Assembly: GCF_000150275.1 (NCBI RefSeq) | Contig: NW_002060944.1 | Coordinates: 4,778,123-4,842,122 of the forward strand | Length of the DNA: 64,000 nt | Origin: Trichoplax adhaerens | Lineage: Eukaryota; Animalia; Placozoa | Direction of reading: 5' to 3' | In this document: positions 11,270 through 24,706 of the stretch, piece after piece | How positions within the stretch are numbered: the stretch's first letter is position 1 | How the letters are laid out: each line of letters starts with the position of its first letter | Notes under the pieces: generated by a model | Database searches by the model: none | The model's input: only the letters and a program-made list of their open reading frames with translations | What the model was told of the DNA's origin: nothing | Program-made: the position numbers and the translations under genes

Positions 11270-12294
11270 ATGGCATATAATGCAAAAAAGTTGATCGAAT
11301 ATGAATCACCTTTCTGGGCATCTAAACTCTGCTATATTCCCCTGTATTATGTGAAATTAGCGCAGCGGTTTACCCCGATTTAGCAAAGGGATCTTCGATC
11401 TGCGTTTCGAATAAACGCATATCGAATTTTAACATCTGTATTAAACAAGATGATATGACTGGCTCTACATTATCAGGCAATAAAGTTCGTTCATTAGAAT
11501 TTTGATTTGCTGATGCTATACAGTACATAAGAAATGCACGACAGTCTTCACAGCTGGTGTTATTCAATCTAATCACTGTAGAGCTACTGCTGTTGCTGCG
11601 CGTCATCTTGGTTTATCAAGCTATTTATTCTTACGTTGTGATGAAGGTACACAACCCGACGTGCAACTTCTTGCATGTACAGGTAATATTTTCCTCGACA
11701 GTATGGTAGGATCGAAAATAGTTTTGCTTCAACCTCAAGCTCAATTTGTCCCCGATATCTCACCTAGAATGCATCGACTAGCTACCCATCTAAAAAGCTC
11801 TACAGGCGATGAATGCTATCATATACCCCTTGGTGGTTCAAATGTGGCTGGCCTACTAGTTATATTGAGCGCTTTCGAGAATTGATTGAGCTAGGTTTAT
11901 TTCAAAATTTCGATGATATAGTTGGTGTAAGCGGTTTCAAGGGCGTCACATTTTATATGTACTGCATATACAAGCAAGTATCGTTTAAGTTTACGTTTTA
12001 CTATTGATTTTTTGAAGTAATATCGCTATTTCAACTTCATATTCCATAATGACGGTTGATAGCTTGATAATATTATCTAGCTAAATTTAAAATTAACCTT
12101 CGGTATAATATAACGATTTTAGCAATTGATCCCTAATTTAATTTATATTGCTATTTAACTTTCTTTCCCCAGGTGGAATCTTTGGGACATACGATGGATG
12201 CTTTAATAATTTACTTGAGCAAGAAAGATGTATAAATGAAGATGTTATGACTTGGGCCGCTTATCAGACTTTAATGAATGGTGAAAAGAAATAA
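11270..12294 (+). pseudogene. Decayed paralog of the D-cysteine desulfhydrase-like gene
   Basis: MAYNAKKLIEYESPFWASKLCYIP... is colinear with the intact copy. It has an in-frame TAG (about 11381), TGA, frameshifts and loss of the 3' part of exon 1 after about 11925. The terminal exon GGIFGTYDG...KK* (about 12173-12294) is retained. Confidence 0.9.
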
Positions 12295-13234
12295 TCTACA
12301 ACTGGATTATTTATAAAGAATCTTAAATACAGTCATCAATGTATGATGCAATTAAAATAGTTACTATTATCCTTATAGCAACAAACCTGCACAGTGGTTT
12401 AATGGCGATTTTTAACGAGTCATTTTAATCCATAATGTACGTACACGTATGACACTAATATGTGTGTAGTTCAGAATTTCCAATTTCATGAAATGATATT
12501 TATAAAATGCAAAGGTAACTTAATTATTAATGAGTGTATTACTATAAATTTGGATGGATATAACTCTTCTCATACTCTACTGCTATTGCCTAGTAAATTA
12601 TACTATGCATGAAGAAGCAATAAATTAATTTTTATTGCCATTAAAAGGTTGATATTAATAAGACTTAATTTATTTATTCTCCTTTATACTTCACTCTTTT
12701 TTCTAATTTTTGAATGATGAGGTATGGTATGCAGTAAATTACTGAAGCTAACATTTCTTGTGACAGTAGCAGATTGATAACTTGTGGAGAAGTAGAGAAT
12801 ACTTTGCTAGTATTTCGCTATATAAAAATCTTTAGCTTTGCAGCTATAATTTCAGCTTTAAATGCTCTCTGAAAAGAACAAACTATCAATAAATAATAAA
12901 TTCCTCATCTTGAGCATGACCTATTATTAGAACAACAGGTATTTGCAAAAGTTGAAATATTCCATTTACTTTATCCTGTCGTATTCGAATTTCAATTTGG
13001 CTTATAATATAATTTATAATCTGATGAAGTACTGTACAATCACTAATAAACCAGATACCATTAGGACCCTTTTATGAAAGAGTAGTAGTAATTATAATTT
13101 AGTCTACGTTATATTAGACTTGATAACCTTTACCTGATATGATTGCAGAAAGAATTTTCAAGATTTTTACTATAGAATTGATGAATATGTACGGTACTTT
13201 AGAGCATATAACGTGCATTGGTACAGCACTGTAC

Positions 13235-13560
13235 ACTACTGTATCGTGGTGTGGATGGAATTCGTTCCCTTCCAATTTTCTCGATAGTAAAAGCTGTTCA
13301 AATTGAAGTTTCTTACAATGGGAAACCCTCCATAACAACCATTAAAGTTAAATAAGACTAAAACTAAGTTAGCTAAATACAACCCTCGAGACCTCAACTA
13401 CTGTATCGTGATGTGCATGGAATTCGATCCCTTCCATTTTCTCTATAGTAAAAGCTGTTCAAATTGAAATTTCTTACAATGGGAAACCCTCCATTAAAAC
13501 GATTAAAGTTAAATAAGACTAGAACTAAGTTAGCTAAGTACAATCCTCAAGACCTCAACT
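13235..13560. repeat. Direct tandem duplication, two copies of about 162 bp, inside the MITE-like element
   Basis: ACTACTGTATCGTG starts at 13235 and again at 13397, and the units are near-identical through ...GACCTCAACT. Confidence 0.92.
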
Positions 13561-13711
13561 TCTTCACTGTACTAAAACTAAATTGACTTTAACCATCTAC
13601 ATGCACAAATGTAAGAAAATCTTGATCAACAAAATTTGTAAGAAATTTTAATTTGAACAGCTTTTACTATAGAGAAAATGGAACGGACCTCATCCGATAC
13701 ACACCACTGTA
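13242..13711. mobile_element. Non-autonomous MITE-like element with long imperfect terminal inverted repeats (Tc1/mariner-like ends)
   Basis: The left arm (TA-TCGTGGTGTG...TTTTCTCGATAGTAAAAGCTGTTCAAATTGAAGTTTCTTACA) is the reverse complement of about 13637-13711 (TGTAAGAAATTTTAATTTGAACAGCTTTTACTATAGAGAAAATGGAA...CACACCACTG-TA). The right end reads TA-CAGTG, as in Tc1-type TIRs. No ORF. Confidence 0.6.
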
Positions 13712-13975
13712 TAGTATACGACTTTCCGTCCTGTACAGTATTACTACAGTAATAGTATTACTGTGGCAAAATGCCATTGGGTAGTCCATAATATAGGGCA
13801 GATACGTTGACATCGGTAGCAACAGTGCTCTGTGCGGTGCTTTCACACTTGCAATTTTTGTTTACCAGACATTACGGCAAGACTTGGGCGATTGATTTGC
13901 CAACACTTTCTACACTGTACTTGACATTCTTTATGCTTGCTGTAGTCAATCTCGGTTGGTAAATAGCAAATAATA

Positions 13976-15484
13976 ATGGCATATAACTCACAAAATTTGA
14001 TCAGATATACTCCACCTTCGTGGGCATCTACACTTTGCTACATTCCTCAGTATTACTTGAAGCTAGCACAGCGTTTGACACCAATTTATCAATGGGATCT
14101 TCCAGCTGCTTTCCCAAATCGAAGCATATCCAATTTTCAAATCTATATTAAGCGAGATGATATGACTGGTTCTGTACTATCAGGCAATAAAGTTCGTAAA
14201 TTAGAATTTCTATTAGCTGATGCATTACAGAAGAAGTGTACATCAATTCTAACTGCAGGTGGCATCCAATCCAATCATTGTCGAACTACAGCTGTTGCTG
14301 CACGCCAACTGGGTTTATCAAGCTATTTGTTCTTACGATGCGATGAAGAGATGCGATCCAATTTACAACTTGTAGGATGTACTGGTAATGTTTTCCTCAA
14401 CAGTATGGTAGCATCGAAAGTATTCTTAATTGAACGTAAAGCTCAATTTTTTCCTGATATCTTGCCTAAAATGCAACAACTATCTACCTATTTAAAGAGT
14501 ACAACTGGCGATGAATGCTATTTAATACCTATCGGTGGTTCAAACGTTATTGGCTTATTTGGCTATATTGAATGTTTCCGAGAACTAGTTGAGCAAGGTT
14601 TATATGAAAATTTCGATGATATTGTCGTTACATGCGGTAGTGGCGGCTCAACATGTGGGCTTGCATTAAGCAATTATTTAACTGGAAGTAAAGTTAAAAT
14701 GCATGCCTTATGCATATGTAGTGACGCTAATTATTTCTATCAACACATTGATGAAACACTACAACAGTTAAAACTAAGCGATCAAGTGAAAGCGCGTGAT
14801 ATTGTTGATATCATTGATGGATACGCTGGTTTAGGGTATGGATTATCAACAGAAGATGAAATGAAATTTGCTTATGATGTTTCTAAATCAACTGGGATTA
14901 TACTAGACCCGGTCTATAATACTAAAGCTGTAAAGGGAATGTTACATGAATTGGAACATAATCCTGAACGCTTCCAAGGACGTCGAATCTTGTATATCCA
15001 TACAGGTACTACTTAATTTCCCATATCCTCCTATCTAGTTGATTTTTAAAAAAGTTTTGAATGACGCAGATATAAAATTTAATGTACTGTAGTATTACTG
15101 TTTTAATTTCACATTAAATGAGGCCAATTAACTTCTTGATGGTGTTTCATCGGGTAATTTAAATTCTGTTACTTCCTTAAATTGTAAGCAGTGATGCTAT
15201 AAAATTGTTTAACTCCTATAGATTTGCGTTTTGTATAGCTATTACAATTCATCATAAACGATTTTAAATCACTCGTGCGGTATCGTCATTATATTATACT
15301 TATTTTGAAGTGAATTGATAGTGCCAAATTTAAAAAATTTCTTGGATTATAATATATTATAGGCGGTATATTTGGAGCTTATGATGGACGTTTTAATAAT
15401 ATGCTGGAGCAAGAAAGAAGTTCGAATGTGGAGATAATGAATTGGACTGATTATCAAACATCGATCGGTGATAACAAGAAATAG
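13976..15484 (+). CDS. PLP-dependent D-cysteine desulfhydrase / ACC deaminase family protein, about 383 aa. Exons 13976-15005, 15363-15484
   Basis: Motifs IYIKRDDMTG, SGNKVRKLEFL (PLP lysine), GGIQSNH, CGSGGS and LDPVY. HTG|GIFG is joined across a phase-1 GT-AG intron. Confidence 0.93.
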
Positions 15485-17539
15485 TTTGAAATTGAACTAT
15501 TTGTAAATAATGTGTACTGAATGTGTGATGTAATTAGAGTGTTACCACAATTTTAAAAGGACTGTTTCGATGCTGTAACTGGATAACAGTTTTATTTTCT
15601 AGCTAAATTTTCTTTTACCTTATTGAACGTAGTTTAGAATTTTATTAGGTTGTTCGATTATAATTCGTCTTTAATATCTCTTTACTACTTTATTCGGTAT
15701 ACAGACATATGATATCTTGCGCCGAAGTATGTCTTTATAGGGAGTAATTTAATCTATACTCACAAATTTTACAATTTCATTGCAGATTGAAAATGCACGT
15801 ATATGTTACTATTACTTTACAGAAAGGTTTGATTTGGTAATATACATGTATTACATTGGATATTGGTTACATGCGAGAGTAGTTTTATGATAGTAACATT
15901 CTACTATTGTTAATGCATTAAATGTCATATCAGTATAATGTTTTACAGTGGATAATTTAGAAATACGTTATTGTGAGCGATCACGTATTGACAACTATAG
16001 ATATCTATCAATGATCTATTTTAATTCTGATCAGGTTACTATAATGCTGTTGGATAGGAAAATTTGCTCAACAGAGATTACTAATGATAGTATATGCTGT
16101 ATTATATATAAAATTTTTATAGCTATTTGTCGTCTCAGTTTTCGATGTCTGATCATTAAAATGACTGTGCTTTTTCTCGATTATTAATATAGTATTATGA
16201 AGTCTCAAAATTTATATTTACCGAGATGCGGGTTACTGTAGAAACATAAATACAAATGTGTGATCAGCAATCATTAATTCCTTCTACGGTCGGTAATGCA
16301 TGCGCCTAAGAGTAAATATCTCTTCATTGAACGTCGAAAAATTTTGCTACTGTAGAACATTTGCAAGATGTATGGCAGTATTCTATCTTGTCTCGCTCGA
16401 ATTTATTACTCTACAGTGCTGCTGTTTGGCATATTATATTATTATTATCCATGGAATGAGTATCGATTGAATTGATTTACTATCTCTTAGATCATAGATG
16501 ATGATTCTTGCATACTCCATTTTTCATTTATTAATAAATTGATTAATGAGAGAATGTAAGACATGATAATATTGTATGTGATACAAAAGACCTCTAGCTA
16601 GTAAATAAATCTACTTTCGTATACAAAGAGAGAAGCATGTACACCGTACACTGAGCGTGCAGGGGTTCTAAATTATCTAGTCATTCGATTTTATAGAACA
16701 TGCAGTGGTTATCAGTAATAATTTTATAAAATATTCTATTATATCAAATTCATGCAAATATCTTAAAAATTTTTTGGATAGAGATTACATTAATTGAATA
16801 ATGAATATACTCTGTTCTTGTCAACATTACTTACGATATAAGCTGCTGCTATGCGACTTTCTACAGCTATTAATATTTAATGTTATTATAATTAATTACT
16901 ATCTATTTCTACATTTCATATATCTTTAATTGAATTGAAATATACATATCTACTGACATGGGTGTAATAGATCGCTACATTACGAGAAAATCAGATGAAT
17001 ATTAAGGTACAAAATTCTAAATCCGCATATGCACGCATTGAGAGTTTTTATAGCAGTCTCTGCTCTCTTTCATGTCGCTAACCACTACCAGTGTGCTGCA
17101 TTGAGTGTCAGAAGTATCGTAATACGTGAAAATTGTCGTCCAATTTCATCTTGATGAAGTCTTTCTATGAGTAGTAGAAGATGAAAAGGTCAAGGCCATG
17201 ATAGTATATTTCGCATAGCGAATACATTACTAGTTGCACCTATGTTAACTGGGTTTTCTTCTACTGTATAGTATTACACAGCAACGTAGCCCCATGGTAC
17301 AGTACATTGTATAATAAAAATATGCACTACACTGTATGTTGTCATGGTACCTTTCAAGAGTCCTACAGTGCTGTAGATGTAGTTTGCTCGATGAACAGTG
17401 ATGGCGGGGTTATTATATACAGTAGTTCACAACTCAGAAAATAAGAACTGGCTTATTAATTAATTCATTATAAATATCAGCGCTATCATTTTAGATGGTC
17501 AAGACGAAGCCTAACCAGCTATCGTTGATGCAAATAATG

Positions 17540-17728
17540 ATGGCATATGACATACAAAACTTGATCGAATATATTCCACCTTCCTGGATATCTAAACTTT
17601 GCTACGTTGCTCAATACTATGTAAGACAAACGCAGCCATTTACCCTATCTATCAATGGGATCTTCCAGTTGCTTTCCCAAATCGAAGCATATCCAATTTT
17701 CAAATCTATATTTAAACGAGATGATATA
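17540..17728 (+). pseudogene. 5' fragment of a third D-cysteine desulfhydrase-like copy
   Basis: MAYDIQNLIEYIPPSWISKLCYVAQYYV..., then a frameshift into QWDLPVAFPNRSISNFQIY and KRDD. Similarity stops there. Confidence 0.85.
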
Positions 17729-20700
17729 ACAATTACAGTAATTAAAATTTAGCTATCTGCTTGTTTATCTCTGAGTTATATCTTTCATTGAAATTGTATA
17801 TTTATAAGAGTACTCCACTGGTAAAATTATCGTATTCAGCAATTTTATTTTAATGATTATTCTATTTCCATAAAAATATCTAAACTACTTAGTTGAAGTT
17901 GCTGATGGCTAACTATTTATGAGCTACTGAATTCAAATGGTAGATAGGCAAAAGTTATTCTTACTTTTAGTACTAATGATTTAATCAAACACTATACTAT
18001 TTCTACTATTGTCTTATTGCAATAGAAGTAAATTGGGCTAACTTAATTAATTTACGCGTATTTACTGCTTGATGATGTCATGACAGCAGTTTGCATTCAC
18101 TCCCTCACAAAAATAGTATGAGTAGCCTGCAGAGGTACGATATAATCTCTTCCATCGCAATATTACATTTGGTTGGTCATATCGTATCTTAAAGACCAGT
18201 TATCTATTAATTTTGTATTACTATATGCAAGTACGTTGCAGTAATTGTGCGATGGTCTTTTGATTGCTTAAGAAAGTTGAATAAAATAACCGTTGAAATT
18301 TTGGTGAAAAAGTAAAATAAGGACGAACTAATGAAATCAATTTGTTGATACACATTAACACAATAATAGATTGGCCGTAGAATAACATTAGTTACTGTAT
18401 CAGTGCCATTGCTCTGTATTTACTTATCGAAATCGTTAAGAATGTCAACATCAGCTGTTTCTATTTAGTAGTAGATAGTAAACTCCGCAGAACAAGGTTT
18501 TGAGTACCTTTGAAATCTGAATTGAATATTTGGATATTATTTCATGAAAGGTGAATTACGCATTCTAAATGCATACGGAAATAGTTTTAAAATTGATCAA
18601 TCTAATGAGTATGGTCTTACTATTCACTAAGATACGCAGTACTAAAATTTTATTGTTACATGCTCCATTTCAAGTTATACAGAAGTTATTCATATAAATA
18701 CTAGTAGAGATTGCATATCTAAAGTTGCGAAAGCAAAAAAACAAACTGAGTTAATAGCATAATAACTACTTTTTTCTCGTCAATAAGAGATCAAGATAAG
18801 GTCTAAACGATCATGTAGACGCCATATACCTTATTACAACCAAATACGGATACTGTTCATCACAGAACTGGTTGCTGTACTATTACGGTAATACTTAACC
18901 TTCCAATAACTTCGTAGCCCTAGTTAATATGATAAAATCCATAATTATAATGCTGGTATGATTGTTAATACCTTATCGTAATTACTATTTAAAGTTGGCT
19001 GATGTATATTTGGTATTGACTGTTTTTATGCGCAGAAAGAAAAATGATTATTAAGTGCTACTCTAGGGTAACTGAATTAGACAACAATTTTGCGTAAACT
19101 AAGGCTATGTATGAGAACTTAATTAGAAATAGTCATGAATTGATTAGCCATGTTAGGAATATTGTAGTTGAAGAAATGAGGCCTAATAAATGGCTGCAAA
19201 TAGGCTGAAGTTGTTTAAAAGCAAGATGGCTCTTACATAGTGCAAATAGGAACAATTTAAATACTACAGTGTCCTCGTTGCAGTTCTATCCTGCTGCTTA
19301 TAGTCATACAGTATATGTATATTTACACAAAGTAAAATAGCGTTTAAGCGAGTAGGTTACTTATCAATTTTTTTTGCGTTCCTTTTTTACAGAGATTAAT
19401 TTGCGACATACGTATATATTCTCAGTTTAATATTTAAAATTTGGAATATAACCAATCTCCTAAAAAATAGACTTATGTTAAATTATTTAACGTACATAAT
19501 CGATATTTTATTAACATATGGATAAGAAAGGAATAAACTATCTCAAACAAACATTAATATTGGCGCGAAATCTGTTAGTATATTTCAAATAATTACGTAT
19601 GAAGCTTGATAGTATACGATGGAACAAGGTTTTTTGACATATGCAATCCATTCCCTGAATGTTGATTAATTATAATACAGTTTCTACGCAGCTGTAGGTG
19701 TAAAAAACCCAACAGAAAATTTCTACCGCCGCTATTTGGTAAAAATAGTGTTCAATATTATTTCATGACCGCGTGTAGGACGTCACCTATGTTTAATTAC
19801 ATTAATCTATTTTTATCACTAGTCATTACCTCTCTAATTGCCCCTACAAATTATTTCTATTTTTGTATTCATTTTGTATTACTACTGTCTATAGGTATTA
19901 TTTGGCAATTAACGATGGCTGTAAGATAGCAATGCTATCACAGTTTATTACTTCTGACTTTTAAATTTTGAAATATGAGTGATAAATATGTCATGAGCAT
20001 GTTGGAAATCAATTCTACTTAACCGGAAATATGAGATTTAATTTAACGTCTTTCAATAAAAGTGAATCCTTTAGGATATACGCGTATAAATATTTTCTGT
20101 GTGGCAATCAGACAATGAAATGACAGCGAACTTCTAAAGGTGTTTGCGATTGCTAATAATACAATTAGGCCAACAAAACTATATCTATTATATTGTAGTA
20201 ATTCTTTGCGCCATTTCTGTAGATTAGCCGACGATGATTATTCATCACAGATGGTAGTTAATTTATCTCATAGTTAAGAATTATCACATTAACTATAAGC
20301 ATAGTAAAAGCTATTTTCTACTAGTCACGTTTTAGCTGCTATCACGCCAAATGTTGATCAATCCTTGTTAATTATGTGCCGTTTTATTTTAATTTCTATT
20401 GGCCTCGCAGTTTACAAATAAACAGTTTTGTATCGATAACTATTATTATTTAAAATAGCTTAGTCACCTAATATTGAGCATGTCGCATAATATGGAATAC
20501 ATGTAAGTTTGTATTGGTGGCCTGAACTTATTTGAATAATATTGGTAGTTAAATAATACTCTGCACATTGTTATTATGATATGTATTCATAGGATGCTAT
20601 TGCTCTAAACTTAAATCAATAGTTTTAACATATAAGGAGTATTACTCTTATAGGGTTTTTATTTTTATATATGAAGGTTTTCGCATTTAAGATGATTCAT

Positions 20701-23700
20701 CTGCTAACACAACTATCGATCAAGATATAAGGATAATCGAATACAGTATGGAGGTAATAGTGCTAAAAATGATAAATGCAAGAGAAATTTAAATACTATA
20801 ACTGTTATCTATTAATGCAAGTAGATTTAATTTAGATAGAATGCTTTTCATTAACGTTATTCTTGATTGCCAAATCATATAATGATTTTGCTTAGAGGTT
20901 TACTTTGATACATTAAGGGACTGCTAACTTGCAGTAGATTAACATATTATTTTACTAAATTACTGATTTAGGACGATATTTAGATATACTAGTAAAAAAT
21001 GATCTACTGTTTTACAGTCAAGCATATATCCTTGTGTCCTTGATTTAACACAAGAAACAATTCTGTCTCATGTATTTTACTGTACGAAAAAGAGTGATTA
21101 TTAAGCGTTTACAAAATTGATACGACCAACCGTCATTTTGACTTGATAACACGAGAATGGATTCCAGTAAAGTGCAATTTTTATTGTACGACGATTCTTT
21201 TTCAATTATATCCACCTTGTTATTATTTAAAGCTATTTAATCGTAAACATAGCTTGTATCGCCTGTTGATAGCTAGCATTGATTTCGGATCGGTCGTCGT
21301 TAAAGCTTGCTTCTGTCGTTGAATGCTACGACTATGAAAGAAATCCGTTTCTCTTGTAGTGCTATGATCACTTTTTCGAGCTGACATTTTTACTTTAAAA
21401 CTGAATCATGACTACTACTAGGTGTAATCATGTCTTCTAGCAGGCTTCTTCCTACACTATATTGAAAAAGCGCAGCCTATATATAATAAAATTTTATCAA
21501 GTAGACGACCATGATTTTAGCTAAAAATAACAGTCACATGGATAAATGACGGGATAGTTTAAGGTTTTATGTGGGCGTTTTTAAATTAGAACGATCTGAA
21601 CCATGAATGGAAGCATATTTAATACGGTTTTAATAAACTTTTATAATTGAAATTAGCCTTTCTATATAAATAGAAGGCATAAGCTGGATAGTAATTGGAT
21701 AGAACTAGAACGAGATAGTCAAAGAATAACATAGCCAAGCTAATTAGAATAACACATGCTATGCATTAGTAGCCTAAACGATTTAGCTTTGGTCAATTCC
21801 ATCATTTAAATCAAGCTCCTTTAATCTATTCATACGTTATACCTACACTGATCAAATTTTAACCACAATTAGAAAGCAGCAACCAAGTGGAGACAATAAA
21901 TTTAATTTAATTTACAACAAGAGCATAACTTTTAATGCAATAATATTTTTCGATCTAAAAGGATCTGGTCTTACTACAGATCTAACAATATGGTGATGAT
22001 ACAACACCCCAAAAGCAGCTACTACGCCCACTTGTAACAAATTTATTAGATATAAAAAAGTTTACGTTAACAATTTCTAACTAACTTTTTCAGACGTAAA
22101 ATTATCGGGATAATAAATAGATAAAAACACTTAAATTTTAAATAGTTTCTAATCAATAATTTTGATCTAAATTATTTCAGTCAAGATTCAATAAGATGCT
22201 TCGTTATGCTTTAACAATAAGAATCAGTATTGATAACTCCTAAAGTTAGACATAACTAGAAAGTTGCACTTTTCCACTGTAGTGCAACGTAATCTGTGAA
22301 TATGAATATTGCATACTGCTAATCATGCACTAAAGAGATGAATCGTTACCCTATATTTCAAGATCTTGCCAAGTACGTTTTTTAAACATTTATAACCGCT
22401 AAGGAATCTGTAAAATTAACCTCTGGTTCTTAAACGACTTCTAGTTTATTTTAACAACAATAGCAATGGAATATTCGAAGGGGTGTCTGTTAAGTTAGCA
22501 ATAATTTTGTCCGATTGCGTATTATTAGGTGGTATAAGTTATAAATTAGCAATGAAAAGTAGCAGCTAGTGAATGTAACTACTTTATCTGTCCTTCATGA
22601 TTTATAGTATATCACCATATCGTGTTTATGAATATCGTAAAGCCAAAATGAAATAGGCAATTGTCTCCATCAATTCAATTGACCGAATCTTACTTTTCTA
22701 TACGCTAAAGATTTTATATAACATCTAAAATATCATTCCTAAAATTTATCTTCGATGATATTGTCCATTAATCAGTTTTAAGACTCCAACAGGCACCAAA
22801 GTCAGCATTGCTTTAGTTTTATTTGAGACAGGGCATATCACTTTCTTTGATTTTCTTTTACGAATTTACACAGCAATTTTCGAATGGGAAAATGACAATT
22901 TATTACTTATTTTTCCGCAGAAATACTCCTCATTTTGTTATATTGCCAAAGAACTATTGGAATTTCGTTGAGATTCTTATATATCGTACCAGGTACGATA
23001 ACTTCACTCATTATTTGCACTCATTCACAATAAAACCTGATTGAACGTAAAACCTGTGACATTAATATAAGTTTTAATCATTTTTTAGACAAGAGGAAAT
23101 CTGTAGAGAATTTGTTCCATTTAATACCCGTATCGATCAATGACGTAGGATAATATTTATTTTCTACAATGAAATAAACCCTAGTAATATGTTATTAAAG
23201 TTTTTCTTAAGTTGACCAAACTAAGTATAGGCTGATTAAGATTTACATTCTGACCAACATATTGGATGCAAAAATGACATTTAATATCACCTCTGGGTTG
23301 TTTACACTAATGTAGTGGTACACTAAATTGGTTTTCAATGCAGTTTTGTGGAAATTAAATCCGTTTAATGCAGTCTGCAGAGGTGTCCGGAAAAATCTTT
23401 AAATTTATCAAGCTACTTTAGCACCGATTATTTTTGAATCTGTTCCCTGCACTGGCATAACAACCTATAGGCTCACGATGACGGCATAATTACTTAGGCG
23501 TTATTTTAAGTTCGTTTATATTTCAAATATTAGATAAATGAGTAATTATAATTTGCGTCTCAAGTAATGTTCGAACAGTAATTAATTGAAGTGTTTTATT
23601 CTACTACTCATGTTTCTTGTCATTAATATCAGCAGATCTGGCTATTTTTACCGTACAATATAGCATAGTAGATGGTGAGAACGGATGATACTAAATTTTC

Positions 23701-24706
23701 TAGAATGGCATTTTAGCAAATGAGTAAGATAGATATATTTACTTCTAATAAGCCTAAATCAACATCAAGCGTTAATCATTTAGACTAGTATTATCAAGTG
23801 CATAATCTTGATGATCACATGTGATTTACAATTATTTAAATTAATGCAAAAATGATGATGAACGATAATTATAATTAATGAAATAATAATGTTTAATTAA
23901 ATTTTTATTTATCCTGAAATGTTGGCAATTTTTCTAGCTATTATAATCGTCGATAAGAAGTAGTTTTAAAATGACCCTATACCATTTATTTACATACCTT
24001 AGTTGATTAAGGTTTTCGAAGAAGATCATACTAATATCTAGTTTACAGAATAATGATTACATTATTCATAGGCCCCGGCCCCTCAAGGTTAATATTGAAA
24101 CAGATCCGTTAAAGCAAATTCCAATTTAAAACAGTTGCTCAAGCTTGAAAACCGGCTCAAGCTGATGCTAAGTATAATAAATGATTAATTCATACTATGA
24201 TGCCTGAGCATATTGTGGGAATGTTGAAAGAGATCTACTCAAATTTTTTTCCAGTGCATTACTTACAGTATTACTTAAGCTTGAAATGATCATACCATCC
24301 TATTTTGAGATTTCATCATTTCTATCGATATTTTATCTAATTCTAGTTTGCAAACTAAGGATTAGTCAAGCAGATGAATAACATGAAATTAAATTGAGCA
24401 TGTCATTTAAACTTTAATAGTGCTCGTTATTGCCTGCATTTAATACCAGCGAAACGGCTTAAATTTGGCCTGTCGCTGCGAAACTTTTATTAACGCGCAT
24501 ACATATAGTATAACTTAATCACATTTTACTAGAAGTAATCAATTATCATCGGTTACAGTTTTATAGATGGCCAAATGCAATGCTGTATATTTCATTAAAT
24601 TTATAAATTGTACTGTACAATTTTATGTTTAGTCTGTCCTTTTCTCTGTCATAAATTGTGCTTTAACATCGTTTTATTCGATATCAATTTTATATTATTA
24701 CTTTAG

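Noticed and set aside
11501-11506. In-frame TGA in the desulfhydrase copy as selenocysteine
   Set aside because: It aligns to Leu, not Cys, in the intact paralog, and co-occurs with a TAG and frameshifts.
17800-24600. Possible gene in the long AT-rich interval
   Set aside because: No convincing ORF or exon chain. It may hold only the ankyrin gene's 5' exons.
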